A DNA stretch of 60,239 nucleotides, filler included. It is 9 parts of 9 records of this genome, joined end to end, with 100 filler letters (N's around TTAATTAATTAA, not from the genome) between each part and the next. Parts side by side here need not be neighbours in the genome. Positions count along the whole stretch, not along the records: positions 1 to 5,563 come from SRR31156797_57378; positions 5,664 to 12,627 come from SRR31156797_57433; 7 more parts are not named here. The stretch is one strand, 5' to 3'. Both the position numbers and the translations under genes were made by a program. Each line of letters begins with the position of its first letter. Position 1 is the stretch's first letter. This document shows, in pieces, positions 1 through 10,358 of the stretch. The notes under the pieces were generated by a model. The model had not been told where the DNA came from, did not search any database, and saw only the letters and a program-made list of their open reading frames with translations.

Positions 1-1620
<1,620 letters not shown>

Positions 1621-1863
1621 TTACATAAAACAAAATGGACAGCGAATAAAGTCGATAGCATGAAAAAAACACAAAAAGGGACCCACCCCGTTAACAATCT
1701 CATATTCAGGCGTATCCCACTTAAAAAAAATGTGTTAGCGGTACGTCCTGAGGAATATAGAGTGTTGACGGGAGGCTGACCCGCAATTATGTTCCTCTCT
1801 TCAAAACACGCATTAGATAGTCTTGGAATATTTCTATTGTCAACATCTGGAGGACAAAAATAT

Positions 1864-2673
1864 ATGGCCCGCGTAAAAGTTTTGGTCATCACCGGTTACG
1901 GAACCAACTGTGAACACGAGTCTGCTCATGCCGCTAAAAAAGCGGGCGCAGACGAAGTAGACATCACTTATTTTTCCGATCTTGCTGCAGGCAAAAAAAC
2001 TCTGGAAGGATACAACTTCCTGATTTTTCCCGGTGGCTTTCTTGACGGCGATGACCTCGGAGCAGCTCAAGCTGCTGCGCTCCGTTGGAAACACGCTCAC
2101 ACCACAGACGGCACCCCGCTTGTGGACCAGATCAAAAAATTCTTTGAAGACGGCGGCGTTATTCTCGGAATCTGCAACGGATTCCAGCTGCTAGTCAAAC
2201 TCGGCCTGCTGCCCGCAGTAGGCGGTGAATACTTCACCCGTCAGGTATCACTCAGCTACAACGATTCCGCAAAATACGAGGATCGCTGGGTACACCTCAA
2301 GGCCAACCCCGATTCTCCCTGCGTTTTCACCAAGGGAATCGAAACCCTCAACGTTCCAGTTCGTCACGGCGAAGGGAAAATCATCCCTGCTGATGATGCC
2401 ATGCTGGAACAAATCGTGGAAAACAACCTCCACGCTGTTCAGTACATTGACCCCGAGTCCAACGAAGTGACCATGGATTACCCTGCCAACCCCAACGGCT
2501 CCCCGCTGGGTATCGCAGGCCTCACAGACCCCTCTGGCCGCATTCTCGGACTCATGCCTCATCCCGAGGCATACAACCACCCCACCAACCATCCCAAGTG
2601 GACCCGTGGCGACATCCCCACCCTTGGGTTGGCGTTGCTCGAAGGTGGCGTGAATTATATTAAGTCTCTGTAA
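1864..2673 (+). CDS. purQ: Phosphoribosylformylglycinamidine synthase glutaminase subunit
   Basis: GYGTNCE, PGGFLDGDDLGA, LGICNGFQ, PANPNGS and GLMPHPE motifs; GGAGGA RBS before ATG 1864. Confidence 0.95.
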   Translation: MARVKVLVITGYGTNCEHESAHAAKKAGADEVDITYFSDLAAGKKTLEGYNFLIFPGGFLDGDDLGAAQAAALRWKHAHTTDGTPLVDQIKKFFEDGGVILGICNGFQLLVKLGLLPAVGGEYFTRQVSLSYNDSAKYEDRWVHLKANPDSPCVFTKGIETLNVPVRHGEGKIIPADDAMLEQIVENNLHAVQYIDPESNEVTMDYPANPNGSPLGIAGLTDPSGRILGLMPHPEAYNHPTNHPKWTRGDIPTLGLALLEGGVNYIKSL

Positions 2674-2680
2674 TTAAGAT

Positions 2681-2761
2681 GCCTCCGGCGGCTCTCCGAG
2701 GACCAGATAAACTTTTATAAAAGTTTATCTGGACCCTTCAAAACCTTTTAATAGGTTTCGC
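2681..2761 (+). repeat. REP-like intergenic palindromic element (copy 1)
   Basis: Starts GCCTCCGGCGGC, contains a perfect 30-bp palindrome CCAGATAAACTTTTATAAAAGTTTATCTGG (2703-2732) and ends TTTTAATAGGTTTCGC. The ends match the element at 27102-27180. Confidence 0.75.
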
Positions 2762-2786
2762 CGTGTTGTAAGGCACATACATATTT

Positions 2787-2814
2787 GAGGGGAGTTTTTA
2801 CTCCCCTCTTTTTT
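2787..2814 (+). terminator. Intrinsic terminator after purQ
   Basis: GAGGGGAGT/ACTCCCCTC stem followed by a T run. Confidence 0.7.
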
Positions 2815-2817
2815 ATT

Positions 2818-3327
2818 ATGACAGATATTATCATCAGAGGAACCCCGCCCGCCGAACCGCCACAAGGCCAGACATGGCGCTCCATGATGGACGTTGCCAT
2901 GCGTGAAGCCTTCAAGGCCCGCCAGCACGAGGAAGTCCCCATCGGCGCGGCTCTTTTCACGGCTGAAGGCGAACTCCTCGCCACCGGAAACAACACCCCG
3001 CTCACTAAGAACGATCCCACCGGACACGCGGAAGTAAACTGCATCCGCAATGCCTGCGAAAAGCTGGATAACTACCGCTTGCCGCGCGGGACCATTCTGG
3101 TGGTTACCTTAGAACCGTGCATCATGTGCCTCGGCGCGATAATTCATGCGCGGGTAGGAGGAGTTGTTTTCGGCGCTCCCGACCCCAAAGCAGGAGCTGT
3201 GGTCTCCAATCTGGAAGGCACAGAACTACCCTTCGCCAACCACAAATTCTGGACCATCGGCGGAGTTTGTGAGAATGAGTGTAAGGAAATTTTACAGAGT
3301 TTTTTTCTGCATAAACGTAAAAAATAA
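2818..3327 (+). CDS. tadA: tRNA adenosine(34) deaminase
   Basis: EVPIGA, NDPTGHAE, TLEPCIMC and FGAPDPKAGA motifs. The start is uncertain (2818 or the MM at about 2884). Confidence 0.92.
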   Translation: MTDIIIRGTPPAEPPQGQTWRSMMDVAMREAFKARQHEEVPIGAALFTAEGELLATGNNTPLTKNDPTGHAEVNCIRNACEKLDNYRLPRGTILVVTLEPCIMCLGAIIHARVGGVVFGAPDPKAGAVVSNLEGTELPFANHKFWTIGGVCENECKEILQSFFLHKRKK

Positions 3328-3342
3328 ATACAAGCTGGGATT

Positions 3343-3696
3343 TTGAGTAATAAAACCTGCAACATAACACGACTAATCGTTTTCCTGCTGTTGGCATTAT
3401 GTCTGATGCCGACGGAGAATGTGCGTCCGATCGATAGCAGGCACAAACTTAGCCACGATTCTAATTTTCTTTACTCTACCCCTAGGGGTGTCGTAACCAC
3501 AACTGACATAGCAGAAACACCCCAGCTAACAGACAGCGTCTCTTTTGCACAAGAACGTCTCACTGCCTTAAGCTGCAGCAAATACTCTATTGATTTTGTC
3601 AGAGCGACCGCATTTCTTTCCAAAGAAGTAACAAAAGGTTTCATACCTCGCATTGCGCATAGGATTATACCTACCCGCGCACCTCCGTTTGCCTAA
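3343..3696 (+). CDS. Putative secretion-coupled ribosome-arrest leader protein (signal peptide plus C-terminal RAPP)
   Basis: N-terminal basic plus hydrophobic segment (TRLIVFLLLALCLM) and C-terminus IPTRAPPFA*. TTG start with a weak RBS. Confidence 0.6.
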   Translation: MSNKTCNITRLIVFLLLALCLMPTENVRPIDSRHKLSHDSNFLYSTPRGVVTTTDIAETPQLTDSVSFAQERLTALSCSKYSIDFVRATAFLSKEVTKGFIPRIAHRIIPTRAPPFA

Positions 3697-3785
3697 ATCG
3701 AGTATAAATCAGACTAACGCAACCAAGACTAACTTTGTCTTAGGTAAACTTATTACTCATTTAAAAATAGAGGCTTACTTCTCTT

Positions 3786-3935
3786 ATGTCTAAATTAACT
3801 TCTTCTAATATTGAAAAATCCATTTCATCAAAATCTGAAACCGATGAAACTTCCAGCAGCCACTTCTCAATAGGACTAGCACTCGCGGCAATTGCCGCGT
3901 TCTTCATCCTATTTGTTTGGATCTGCGGGGTATAA
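3786..3935 (+). CDS. 49-aa tail-anchored small membrane protein
   Basis: MSKLTSSNIEKSISSKSETDETSSSHFSIGLALAAIAAFFILFVWICGV*. GAGG at 3770-3773, a C-terminal hydrophobic helix and a terminator directly downstream. Confidence 0.6.
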   Translation: MSKLTSSNIEKSISSKSETDETSSSHFSIGLALAAIAAFFILFVWICGV

Positions 3936-3953
3936 AAATAATTATAAACTGCA

Positions 3954-3993
3954 AAGTCCCTAAGCGTTTTCCTCGCTTAGGGACTTATTTTTT
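3954..3993 (+). terminator. Intrinsic terminator between the small ORF and the convergent psd-like gene
   Basis: 13-bp stem AAGTCCCTAAGCG/CGCTTAGGGACTT followed by a T run. Confidence 0.85.
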
Positions 3994-4028
3994 GATGATT
4001 TCTTTCAACGCTACTTTCTACCCACAAC

Positions 4029-5264
4029 CTATTCATTCGAGCTAGTATCAAATATCCCGATCTGGTTACCCAACCGAACCTTAATTGCTCCAGATTTATA
4101 CTTACCAGGCTCGAAAATCAGGATCACCAGCGATCCGCCGTAGAGAAAATGTCCAAGCTCATCGCCGCGCTTAACAGCAACCGGACTATTGGCTTTGAGA
4201 AACTTATCTTCGAATATCACTGAACCAACTGTGCTTAAGCCGACCGGAACTACACCGACCAGCCCGTATTTGCCGGTATCAATGATAAAGTAACCACGCT
4301 GATAACTCTCAAAGGCACCGAAGCTGGCCCCGTAATATCCGACATTACCGGTAGTAGGTACGAACTTCGGAAAATCTTCCATGCCCAGCAAAGCACCATC
4401 AATGAGCCTTGTCTCAACAACCTTGCCGCCCACAGGAGAATGGTAATGATGATAGGTGTTAGGCATTAAAATACAGGACATGGCGGTACCGCCCACAAAT
4501 TTTTCCCAATACTTTGAACCGGCAAGCAACTGCCTGATGTTCAGCACCTGCATCCCCTTGGTAGGAATTGTCGCTGTTTCTGCCACAATCTTAGCCGGGA
4601 TGGTATTCACAATAGCATCTGTAGGAGCGCCAATCACATAATCCCGCTCCGGCATTGTCTGGGGACGTACCTTCTTGATATCCTTAAATCTACGTGAAAA
4701 AAAATCATTATAAGATCTAAATCCCCCGTCAGCAGCCTTTGGGTCAGGCAAAACATACTCTTCTTTTTCAATGCGAGGATCAGCCAACCACGCAGAAACG
4801 TATTTTGTCGATGCCTTGCTGTTCAAGAAATCCCCACGTTCCTTGGCAAAATGATCAAAAATCATAATTCCAGGACTAGTCTGAAATGCGGCCCTACCAA
4901 ACGGATTCATATAGGCAAAGAGGTCCATCTGCTCAATATAAAGCAACCCATTATCTGAGCTACCTTTTGCCTCGGGAAGAAACGAGCACCACTCAACAAA
5001 AAAAGGAACCATATCCGCAAAGGACTTGCCCTGCCACGGATTGCCCCCGACGCGATAACCTTCTGGAGTAGGCTGTATGTTCTGGAATGCCTCATCAATG
5101 AGCAACTTGAAGACCTGATCTTTTTCATAGGAATCGACCAGATCCGAAATTGATTCCTTGCATGGGCAATCATCGGGAATGGCATAGTCTGCCCCATAAC
5201 TCAGGCATGGCAAAAATAGAAATAATAGGCCGCTCAAAATCACCGACAAATAACTTTTGCTCAT
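4029..5264 (-). CDS. Phosphatidylserine-decarboxylase-family pyruvoyl-dependent decarboxylase with N-terminal signal peptide
   Basis: YNDFFSR, APTDA, YHHYHSP and KRGDELGHFLYGGS (autocleavage GGS). GGAGG RBS before ATG 5264 and a hydrophobic N-terminus. Confidence 0.88.
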   Translation of the reverse strand: MSKSYLSVILSGLLFLFLPCLSYGADYAIPDDCPCKESISDLVDSYEKDQVFKLLIDEAFQNIQPTPEGYRVGGNPWQGKSFADMVPFFVEWCSFLPEAKGSSDNGLLYIEQMDLFAYMNPFGRAAFQTSPGIMIFDHFAKERGDFLNSKASTKYVSAWLADPRIEKEEYVLPDPKAADGGFRSYNDFFSRRFKDIKKVRPQTMPERDYVIGAPTDAIVNTIPAKIVAETATIPTKGMQVLNIRQLLAGSKYWEKFVGGTAMSCILMPNTYHHYHSPVGGKVVETRLIDGALLGMEDFPKFVPTTGNVGYYGASFGAFESYQRGYFIIDTGKYGLVGVVPVGLSTVGSVIFEDKFLKANSPVAVKRGDELGHFLYGGSLVILIFEPGKYKSGAIKVRLGNQIGIFDTSSNE

Positions 5265-5529
5265 CACCACTCCCTCCTGAAATGAAATATTAATTAACTT
5301 CACCATCACCGGAACACACAGAATACAAGCTTAAGCATACTACAAATAGGAACACCCTGTAATCAGAAAACACCTATTGATTTGCAGTCCGCATCTATGC
5401 GGCATTAAATATCTATTTTAGATATCGGCCTACGATCCCAATCATTTCTGCTTGCCAAGCTCCCCAAAAAAACATATAAATCGTGCCTTCCAAGACCGGA
5501 TCGCCGGAATCGGTCTTGCTTATAAACGC

Positions 5530-5563
5530 GGAAAGGTAGCGAAGTCCGGCCGTAACGCGCTCG
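5530..5563 (+). tRNA. tRNA-Ser-like 5' fragment, cut before the anticodon by the contig end
   Basis: GGAAAGGTAGCGAAGTCCGGCCGTAACGCGCTCG resembles the acceptor and D-arm of class II Ser tRNAs. A TTGCCA...TATAAA promoter-like sequence lies upstream. Confidence 0.65.
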
Positions 5564-5663
5564 NNNNNNNNNNNNNNNNNNNNNNNNNNNNNNNNNNNNN
5601 NNNNNNNTTAATTAATTAANNNNNNNNNNNNNNNNNNNNNNNNNNNNNNNNNNNNNNNNNNNN
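5564..5663. other. Artificial contig linker
   Basis: N-runs flanking TTAATTAATTAA (stops in all six frames). Confidence 0.99.
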
Positions 5664-5718
5664 AAAGGCTGCCCCTTTTGAGACAGCCTCTTCCCCCGTA
5701 TTGTGATTATTAATTTTC

Positions 5719-7794
5719 TTATTCTATAATTAATCTTTGAGTTCCAACTTTGTTGCCGTTTTGAACTCTAACCATGTAAACGCCAGAGTTTACATCAAGG
5801 TTAATATTTTGTGATCCATTAATAATTCTTGAATCAACAACTTTTCCTGCAATATTGAAAATAGTCACTTGGGAAGTACCATCAGCGTCAATATTGAAGG
5901 AACCTGTAGATGGATTTGGATACATTGAAAAATCTAAAGTTTTAGCATTTTCATTATCCTTAATACCAACATTACTAAATTCAATATCTAAAGAAATAGC
6001 TGGTCCGGCACCACCTGATGGATAAGATACATCACTTGCATTGAGCACAGATGCATTTACTAATGCACATGATTCCGGAGAACGTTTTTGTACATCATTT
6101 GATGCTTCATATATATTCCATGATTGCAAAGCTCCATCCTGAGGTCTTACCCAGTTTCCATACATGTGAATTGCTGCCACATAATCACCACCATTGAATA
6201 CATATTCTGATGTTCCATCTGGAACAAATGGCACATAAACTATAGAAGCTGTATCATCTATGGTTAATACGCGTTCGCTTGAAGATGTTATCTCTGTATA
6301 AGTTTCATCTTCTTCATTATAACGGTAAATGGCAACTACAACTCTTGCTTCTTCGTTAAGGAATAAATCTAATTCTTGTTGATAGTTATCATTTCGAGAA
6401 ATGTAAACATTCATTCCTTTTAAAATGTAAAAATCATTTTCTTCACCATGTAAATCTGGTTCAGGTAAATTAAAGAAGAAACCTAATCCATCTCCATCTT
6501 CATCAAAGGCATTGGTCCAGTTATCAGGAGACATTGTTCCATCTTTTTTATCCATATTAACCGGACTTAATATAGTCTCACCAATTTTCATGTGACGATA
6601 AAGTGAATCGTTTATTGTAGCTTCTTCATCCTGATCTGTTGATGGATAATGAATGAATGTATATAATCCTTTTTGTGAAAAATCTGCACCCTCTAGAGGC
6701 ATATAATCTTGCATCCAGAAAGTAGTGTCTCTGTATCCTGGGATTAGTGAAGCTATTGGATCAGAAGAGAATGTTTCTTCTAATGCACCATCTTTCCACA
6801 CTTCAACTACGTGAGTAAAATTGGTTTGTTCTGCTGAACCAAAATTATGGAAGGCTGCGTGAAATCCTTTGAATTCTTGAATTAAGAACCATGGATATTC
6901 ATAAAATCCTTCAGTAAAGCTGGTTCTTGATGAAATTGGATAATCTTCTGATCCGTCTCTGTATTCAATATAATCATTCCAGTAATCCCATAGGTACATA
7001 TCGTTAGCCATAGGAACAACAAATGATACATCATCGATAATCCAATAATAGTGACTAAGACCATTCATATGGAATTTGAAAATCACATTTGATTCTCCAG
7101 CCACATCAGAAGTTATATCAATTTCTGTAGTGTATGATGATTCACCAAAACCACCAACACCTTTGTTGATGTCGCCAACAGATACTTTATGCTGATTCCA
7201 GCTTGTTCCTCCATCAGTTGAGACCATAAACCATGCATCTGAAGTAGCGCTATAACTACAGCAGAATCTGTTACCCTGTTCAAAAACAAGGTGAACAGCA
7301 TCCTGATCTGAAAAATCAATTCCAGCATCGTAACGCACATAAGAGTCCATAGCATCTTCAAACATACCAGAGCAATCAGCAGCAGTGTTGAAGTGATCTG
7401 CTTCAAGCATCAAGTACCCATTTGATTGGGTTGGCGTAAGGACAGCTTCTGTTGGTACGTTACATTCTGCTTGTGATGCAGAAGTCCATAATCCTCTTGG
7501 TCCAACGGTATCCCATCTGAAATAAAATCCGTTGTTGCTGTCATCACCAATTGTCCAGCCTGCAGGTGTATTAGCAGGAACTGGCTCTCCATTATTGCTG
7601 GTGCCAGACCAGTCTGCGCCATCAAAATCCTCTGTCCAAAGAATGTCTCCAGGATCTTTAGTAGTGTGATGTGACTTTAGGGAAGTTTCAGGTACAGCTT
7701 TGTCGAGGCTGTACTTTCTAGGTGTAAAACCTTTTTGAGCCATAGCAAATGCTGCAAATGCAAGCATTGCTAAAATTAACGTAGCTTTTTTCAT
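5719..7794 (-). CDS. T9SS type-A sorting domain protein, paralog 1 (MAM/cleaved-adhesin-like domain)
   Basis: Signal peptide MKKATLILAMLAFAAFAMA-Q; WTEDFDG...PAGW...IIDDV module; STDGGTSW; C-terminal YPNPSTG...SGVYMVRV...KVGTQRLIIE. Confidence 0.9.
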   Translation of the reverse strand: MKKATLILAMLAFAAFAMAQKGFTPRKYSLDKAVPETSLKSHHTTKDPGDILWTEDFDGADWSGTSNNGEPVPANTPAGWTIGDDSNNGFYFRWDTVGPRGLWTSASQAECNVPTEAVLTPTQSNGYLMLEADHFNTAADCSGMFEDAMDSYVRYDAGIDFSDQDAVHLVFEQGNRFCCSYSATSDAWFMVSTDGGTSWNQHKVSVGDINKGVGGFGESSYTTEIDITSDVAGESNVIFKFHMNGLSHYYWIIDDVSFVVPMANDMYLWDYWNDYIEYRDGSEDYPISSRTSFTEGFYEYPWFLIQEFKGFHAAFHNFGSAEQTNFTHVVEVWKDGALEETFSSDPIASLIPGYRDTTFWMQDYMPLEGADFSQKGLYTFIHYPSTDQDEEATINDSLYRHMKIGETILSPVNMDKKDGTMSPDNWTNAFDEDGDGLGFFFNLPEPDLHGEENDFYILKGMNVYISRNDNYQQELDLFLNEEARVVVAIYRYNEEDETYTEITSSSERVLTIDDTASIVYVPFVPDGTSEYVFNGGDYVAAIHMYGNWVRPQDGALQSWNIYEASNDVQKRSPESCALVNASVLNASDVSYPSGGAGPAISLDIEFSNVGIKDNENAKTLDFSMYPNPSTGSFNIDADGTSQVTIFNIAGKVVDSRIINGSQNINLDVNSGVYMVRVQNGNKVGTQRLIIE

Positions 7795-8105
7795 TTTAAA
7801 CAATTTTGAGTAATACGGGTACCGTAAAAGTAGAAAATTTGTGAGGGAATAAAAAATTAACAAAAGAAAAATTTTGTCTATTTGTCAGTTTATGTTATGC
7901 TAAACAACATTTATTCATTAGGGTGAAATAGTTATGTTGTGATATGCATATTACAATAATTGCTACACATATTTATATAAATTGATGTTATGCTTTGAAG
8001 TAACTGAAAATGAATTAGCTTTAATTGAGGGGGAGATGAGGGTAGAAATGCTATTAACAAAATAACTTAGACATATTTCTTTTAATGCGGGTGTTCAATT
8101 ATAGC

Positions 8106-8138
8106 AAAAAAAAGGCCGCCAGAGGCAGCCTTCTTTTA
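8106..8138 (-). terminator. Intrinsic terminator after T9SS paralog 2
   Basis: AAGGC(C)GCC/GGC(A)GCCTT hairpin flanked by A and T runs. Confidence 0.7.
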
Positions 8139-8153
8139 TATATTGTGAAAAGC

Positions 8154-10238
8154 TTATTCAACGATAAGTCTTTGTGTTCCAACTTTGTTTCCATTTTGTA
8201 CTTGTACAAAGTAAACACCTGAAACTACGTCTAAGTTAATAGGAGTAGATCCGTTAACAATCATTGATTCTACTACTTGACCAGCAGCGTTCATAATTGT
8301 TACTTGTGAGTTACCTTGAGCGTCAATACGGAATGTTCCATTTGTTGGGTTTGGATATACTGAGAAGTCTAATGTTTCAGAATTTGAATCAAAGATTCCA
8401 GTACCATCTAATTCATCAGTATATTGAATTTGTAAGGCCATTGCAGGACCTTCACCTGTCCAACCTATATCACCACCTGTTGAGATTGAAGCGTTAACTG
8501 TTAGACAGCTTTCGCGTGAACGTTTTTGAACTTCTGGACCAGCATTTCTAATGTTCCATGACTGAAGACGACCAAACGCATCAACCCATGTTCCATACAT
8601 ATTCAATGCTACTAAGAATGTACCTCCATTAAAGATATACTCTGAAGTACCATCTTTTGCAAATGGAATAAATACAACACTCATTGTATCATTAATAGTT
8701 AGCGTAACTTCAGCAGATGTAATTTGCTCTGTGTAAGTATCAGCATCAGCATCGTATTTGTAGAGACCAGCTACAGCTTTAGCTTCTTCGTTTAAGAATA
8801 GATCTAATTCATCAGCTCCAGTATTTCTGTCAATGTAAACATGTACTCCGTCTACTTCATAGAAATCAGCTACACCATCAACATCGTGAAGTGTTGGGTC
8901 TGGTAAGTTAAATTCAAATCCAAGTCCATCACCGTCTTCATCATAAGAAGTCCAGTTATCTGGAGCGATTCTACTGTTTGTTTTGTCAAAGTCAATAACT
9001 CTAAGAACATCTTCACCAATTTTCATGTAACGAACTAATGTGTCGTTTCCAGGAATGTCATCAAGATTATCAAATGATGGATAATGCATGAATGTATATA
9101 CACCTACTTCGTCTACGTGATTATTAGTAACAGGCATGTAATCAGCTTGGATGTCAGTAGTGTCTTGAAGACCAACAGTAACAGATGCCAAAGCGTCACT
9201 TGCAAATGAAGTTAACATACTACCATCTTTGTAAACTTCTACGTTGTGAATAAGGTTAGTTTGATCTTGTCCTCCAAAGTTAATAAATGCAGCGTGGAAT
9301 CCTTTGAATTCTTGAGCCATAAACCATGGATACTCATAGAAACCTTCTGTGAAATCTTCAGCTACAGCCAATGGGTAATCTTCAGAACCATCTCTGTAAT
9401 CTAAATAATCATTCCAGTAATCTAAGAACTGAATGTCATTGTCTTCAGGAACAACAAATGCAATGTCGTCAATTTCCCAGTGGTAGTGAGATAATCCGTT
9501 CATGTGGAAACGGAACCATACATTTGCTTCACCAACTACGTCTGGAGAAATGTCAAATTCTGAAGTAAATGAAGTAACTCCAAGGTCTCCAGCTTCTGTG
9601 TTAATAGGTGCTTCGTGAACACTTAAACCAGTCCATGTAGTACCATTATCAGTAGATACTCTGAACCAAGAATCAGCAGTTGAACTATATCCACAGCAAT
9701 AACGAGCATCTTGTTCAAAAATCAAGTGAACAGCAGTTTCAGCTGAAAAATCGATACCTGCATTGTACTCAATGTATGAATCCATACCATCTGAGAAATA
9801 CTCCGAACAATCAGCAGCTGAGTTAAACCAGTCAGCTTCAAGCATCATGTAACCATTTGCGCCAGTAGTAGAAATCATTGGTTCTTGTGGAAGAGAACAA
9901 TCTCCAGTAGAACCTTCTGGATTTGTAAAGATACCACGTGGTCCAATTGTGTCCCAACGGAAATAGAATCCATTTCCACTTAAGTCACCAATAGTCCATC
10001 CTGCAGGTGCGTTAGCAGGCACTGGTTCACCATTACTTGATGTTCCAGACCAGTCTGCTCCGTCAAAATCTTCAGAGAAGATAATGTCACCAGGAGCTTT
10101 TGTTGCATTCACGTCTGAGTAAACACTAGTTCCGGGTTGAGCGTTTTCAAGGTTGTACTTTTGTGGTACAAACCCTTTTTGTGCAAAAGCGAATGATGCA
10201 AAAGCAATCATCGCAAAAAGTAAAGTAACCTTTCTCAT
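8154..10238 (-). CDS. T9SS type-A sorting domain protein, paralog 2
   Basis: Signal peptide MRKVTLLFAMIAFASFAFA-Q; collinear with 5719-7794; C-terminal YPNPTNG...SGVYFVQV...KVGTQRLIVE. Confidence 0.9.
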   Translation of the reverse strand: MRKVTLLFAMIAFASFAFAQKGFVPQKYNLENAQPGTSVYSDVNATKAPGDIIFSEDFDGADWSGTSSNGEPVPANAPAGWTIGDLSGNGFYFRWDTIGPRGIFTNPEGSTGDCSLPQEPMISTTGANGYMMLEADWFNSAADCSEYFSDGMDSYIEYNAGIDFSAETAVHLIFEQDARYCCGYSSTADSWFRVSTDNGTTWTGLSVHEAPINTEAGDLGVTSFTSEFDISPDVVGEANVWFRFHMNGLSHYHWEIDDIAFVVPEDNDIQFLDYWNDYLDYRDGSEDYPLAVAEDFTEGFYEYPWFMAQEFKGFHAAFINFGGQDQTNLIHNVEVYKDGSMLTSFASDALASVTVGLQDTTDIQADYMPVTNNHVDEVGVYTFMHYPSFDNLDDIPGNDTLVRYMKIGEDVLRVIDFDKTNSRIAPDNWTSYDEDGDGLGFEFNLPDPTLHDVDGVADFYEVDGVHVYIDRNTGADELDLFLNEEAKAVAGLYKYDADADTYTEQITSAEVTLTINDTMSVVFIPFAKDGTSEYIFNGGTFLVALNMYGTWVDAFGRLQSWNIRNAGPEVQKRSRESCLTVNASISTGGDIGWTGEGPAMALQIQYTDELDGTGIFDSNSETLDFSVYPNPTNGTFRIDAQGNSQVTIMNAAGQVVESMIVNGSTPINLDVVSGVYFVQVQNGNKVGTQRLIVE

Positions 10239-10267
10239 AATAAAAATTGTTTTGGTTAACGGTTAAA

Positions 10268-10313
10268 CAAATTTACATTAATTTTATTCTAATCCCAAAT
10301 AAACATATTTTTG
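10268..10313. promoter_or_regulatory. Divergent Bacteroidota-type -7 promoter boxes (TAnnTTTG)
   Basis: TAAATTTG on the minus strand at 10268-10275 and TATTTTTG on the plus strand at 10306-10313. Another TATTTTTG lies near 12520, upstream of the tRNA. Confidence 0.6.
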
Positions 10314-10358
10314 CGCATAATTTCAAAATTATTTGATATAAATTTTACATCCATAATT

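Noticed and set aside
5530-5563. Possible tRNA-Sec or integration site
   Set aside because: The fragment fits a Ser-type D-arm better and ends before the anticodon. No integrase or att duplication is visible.
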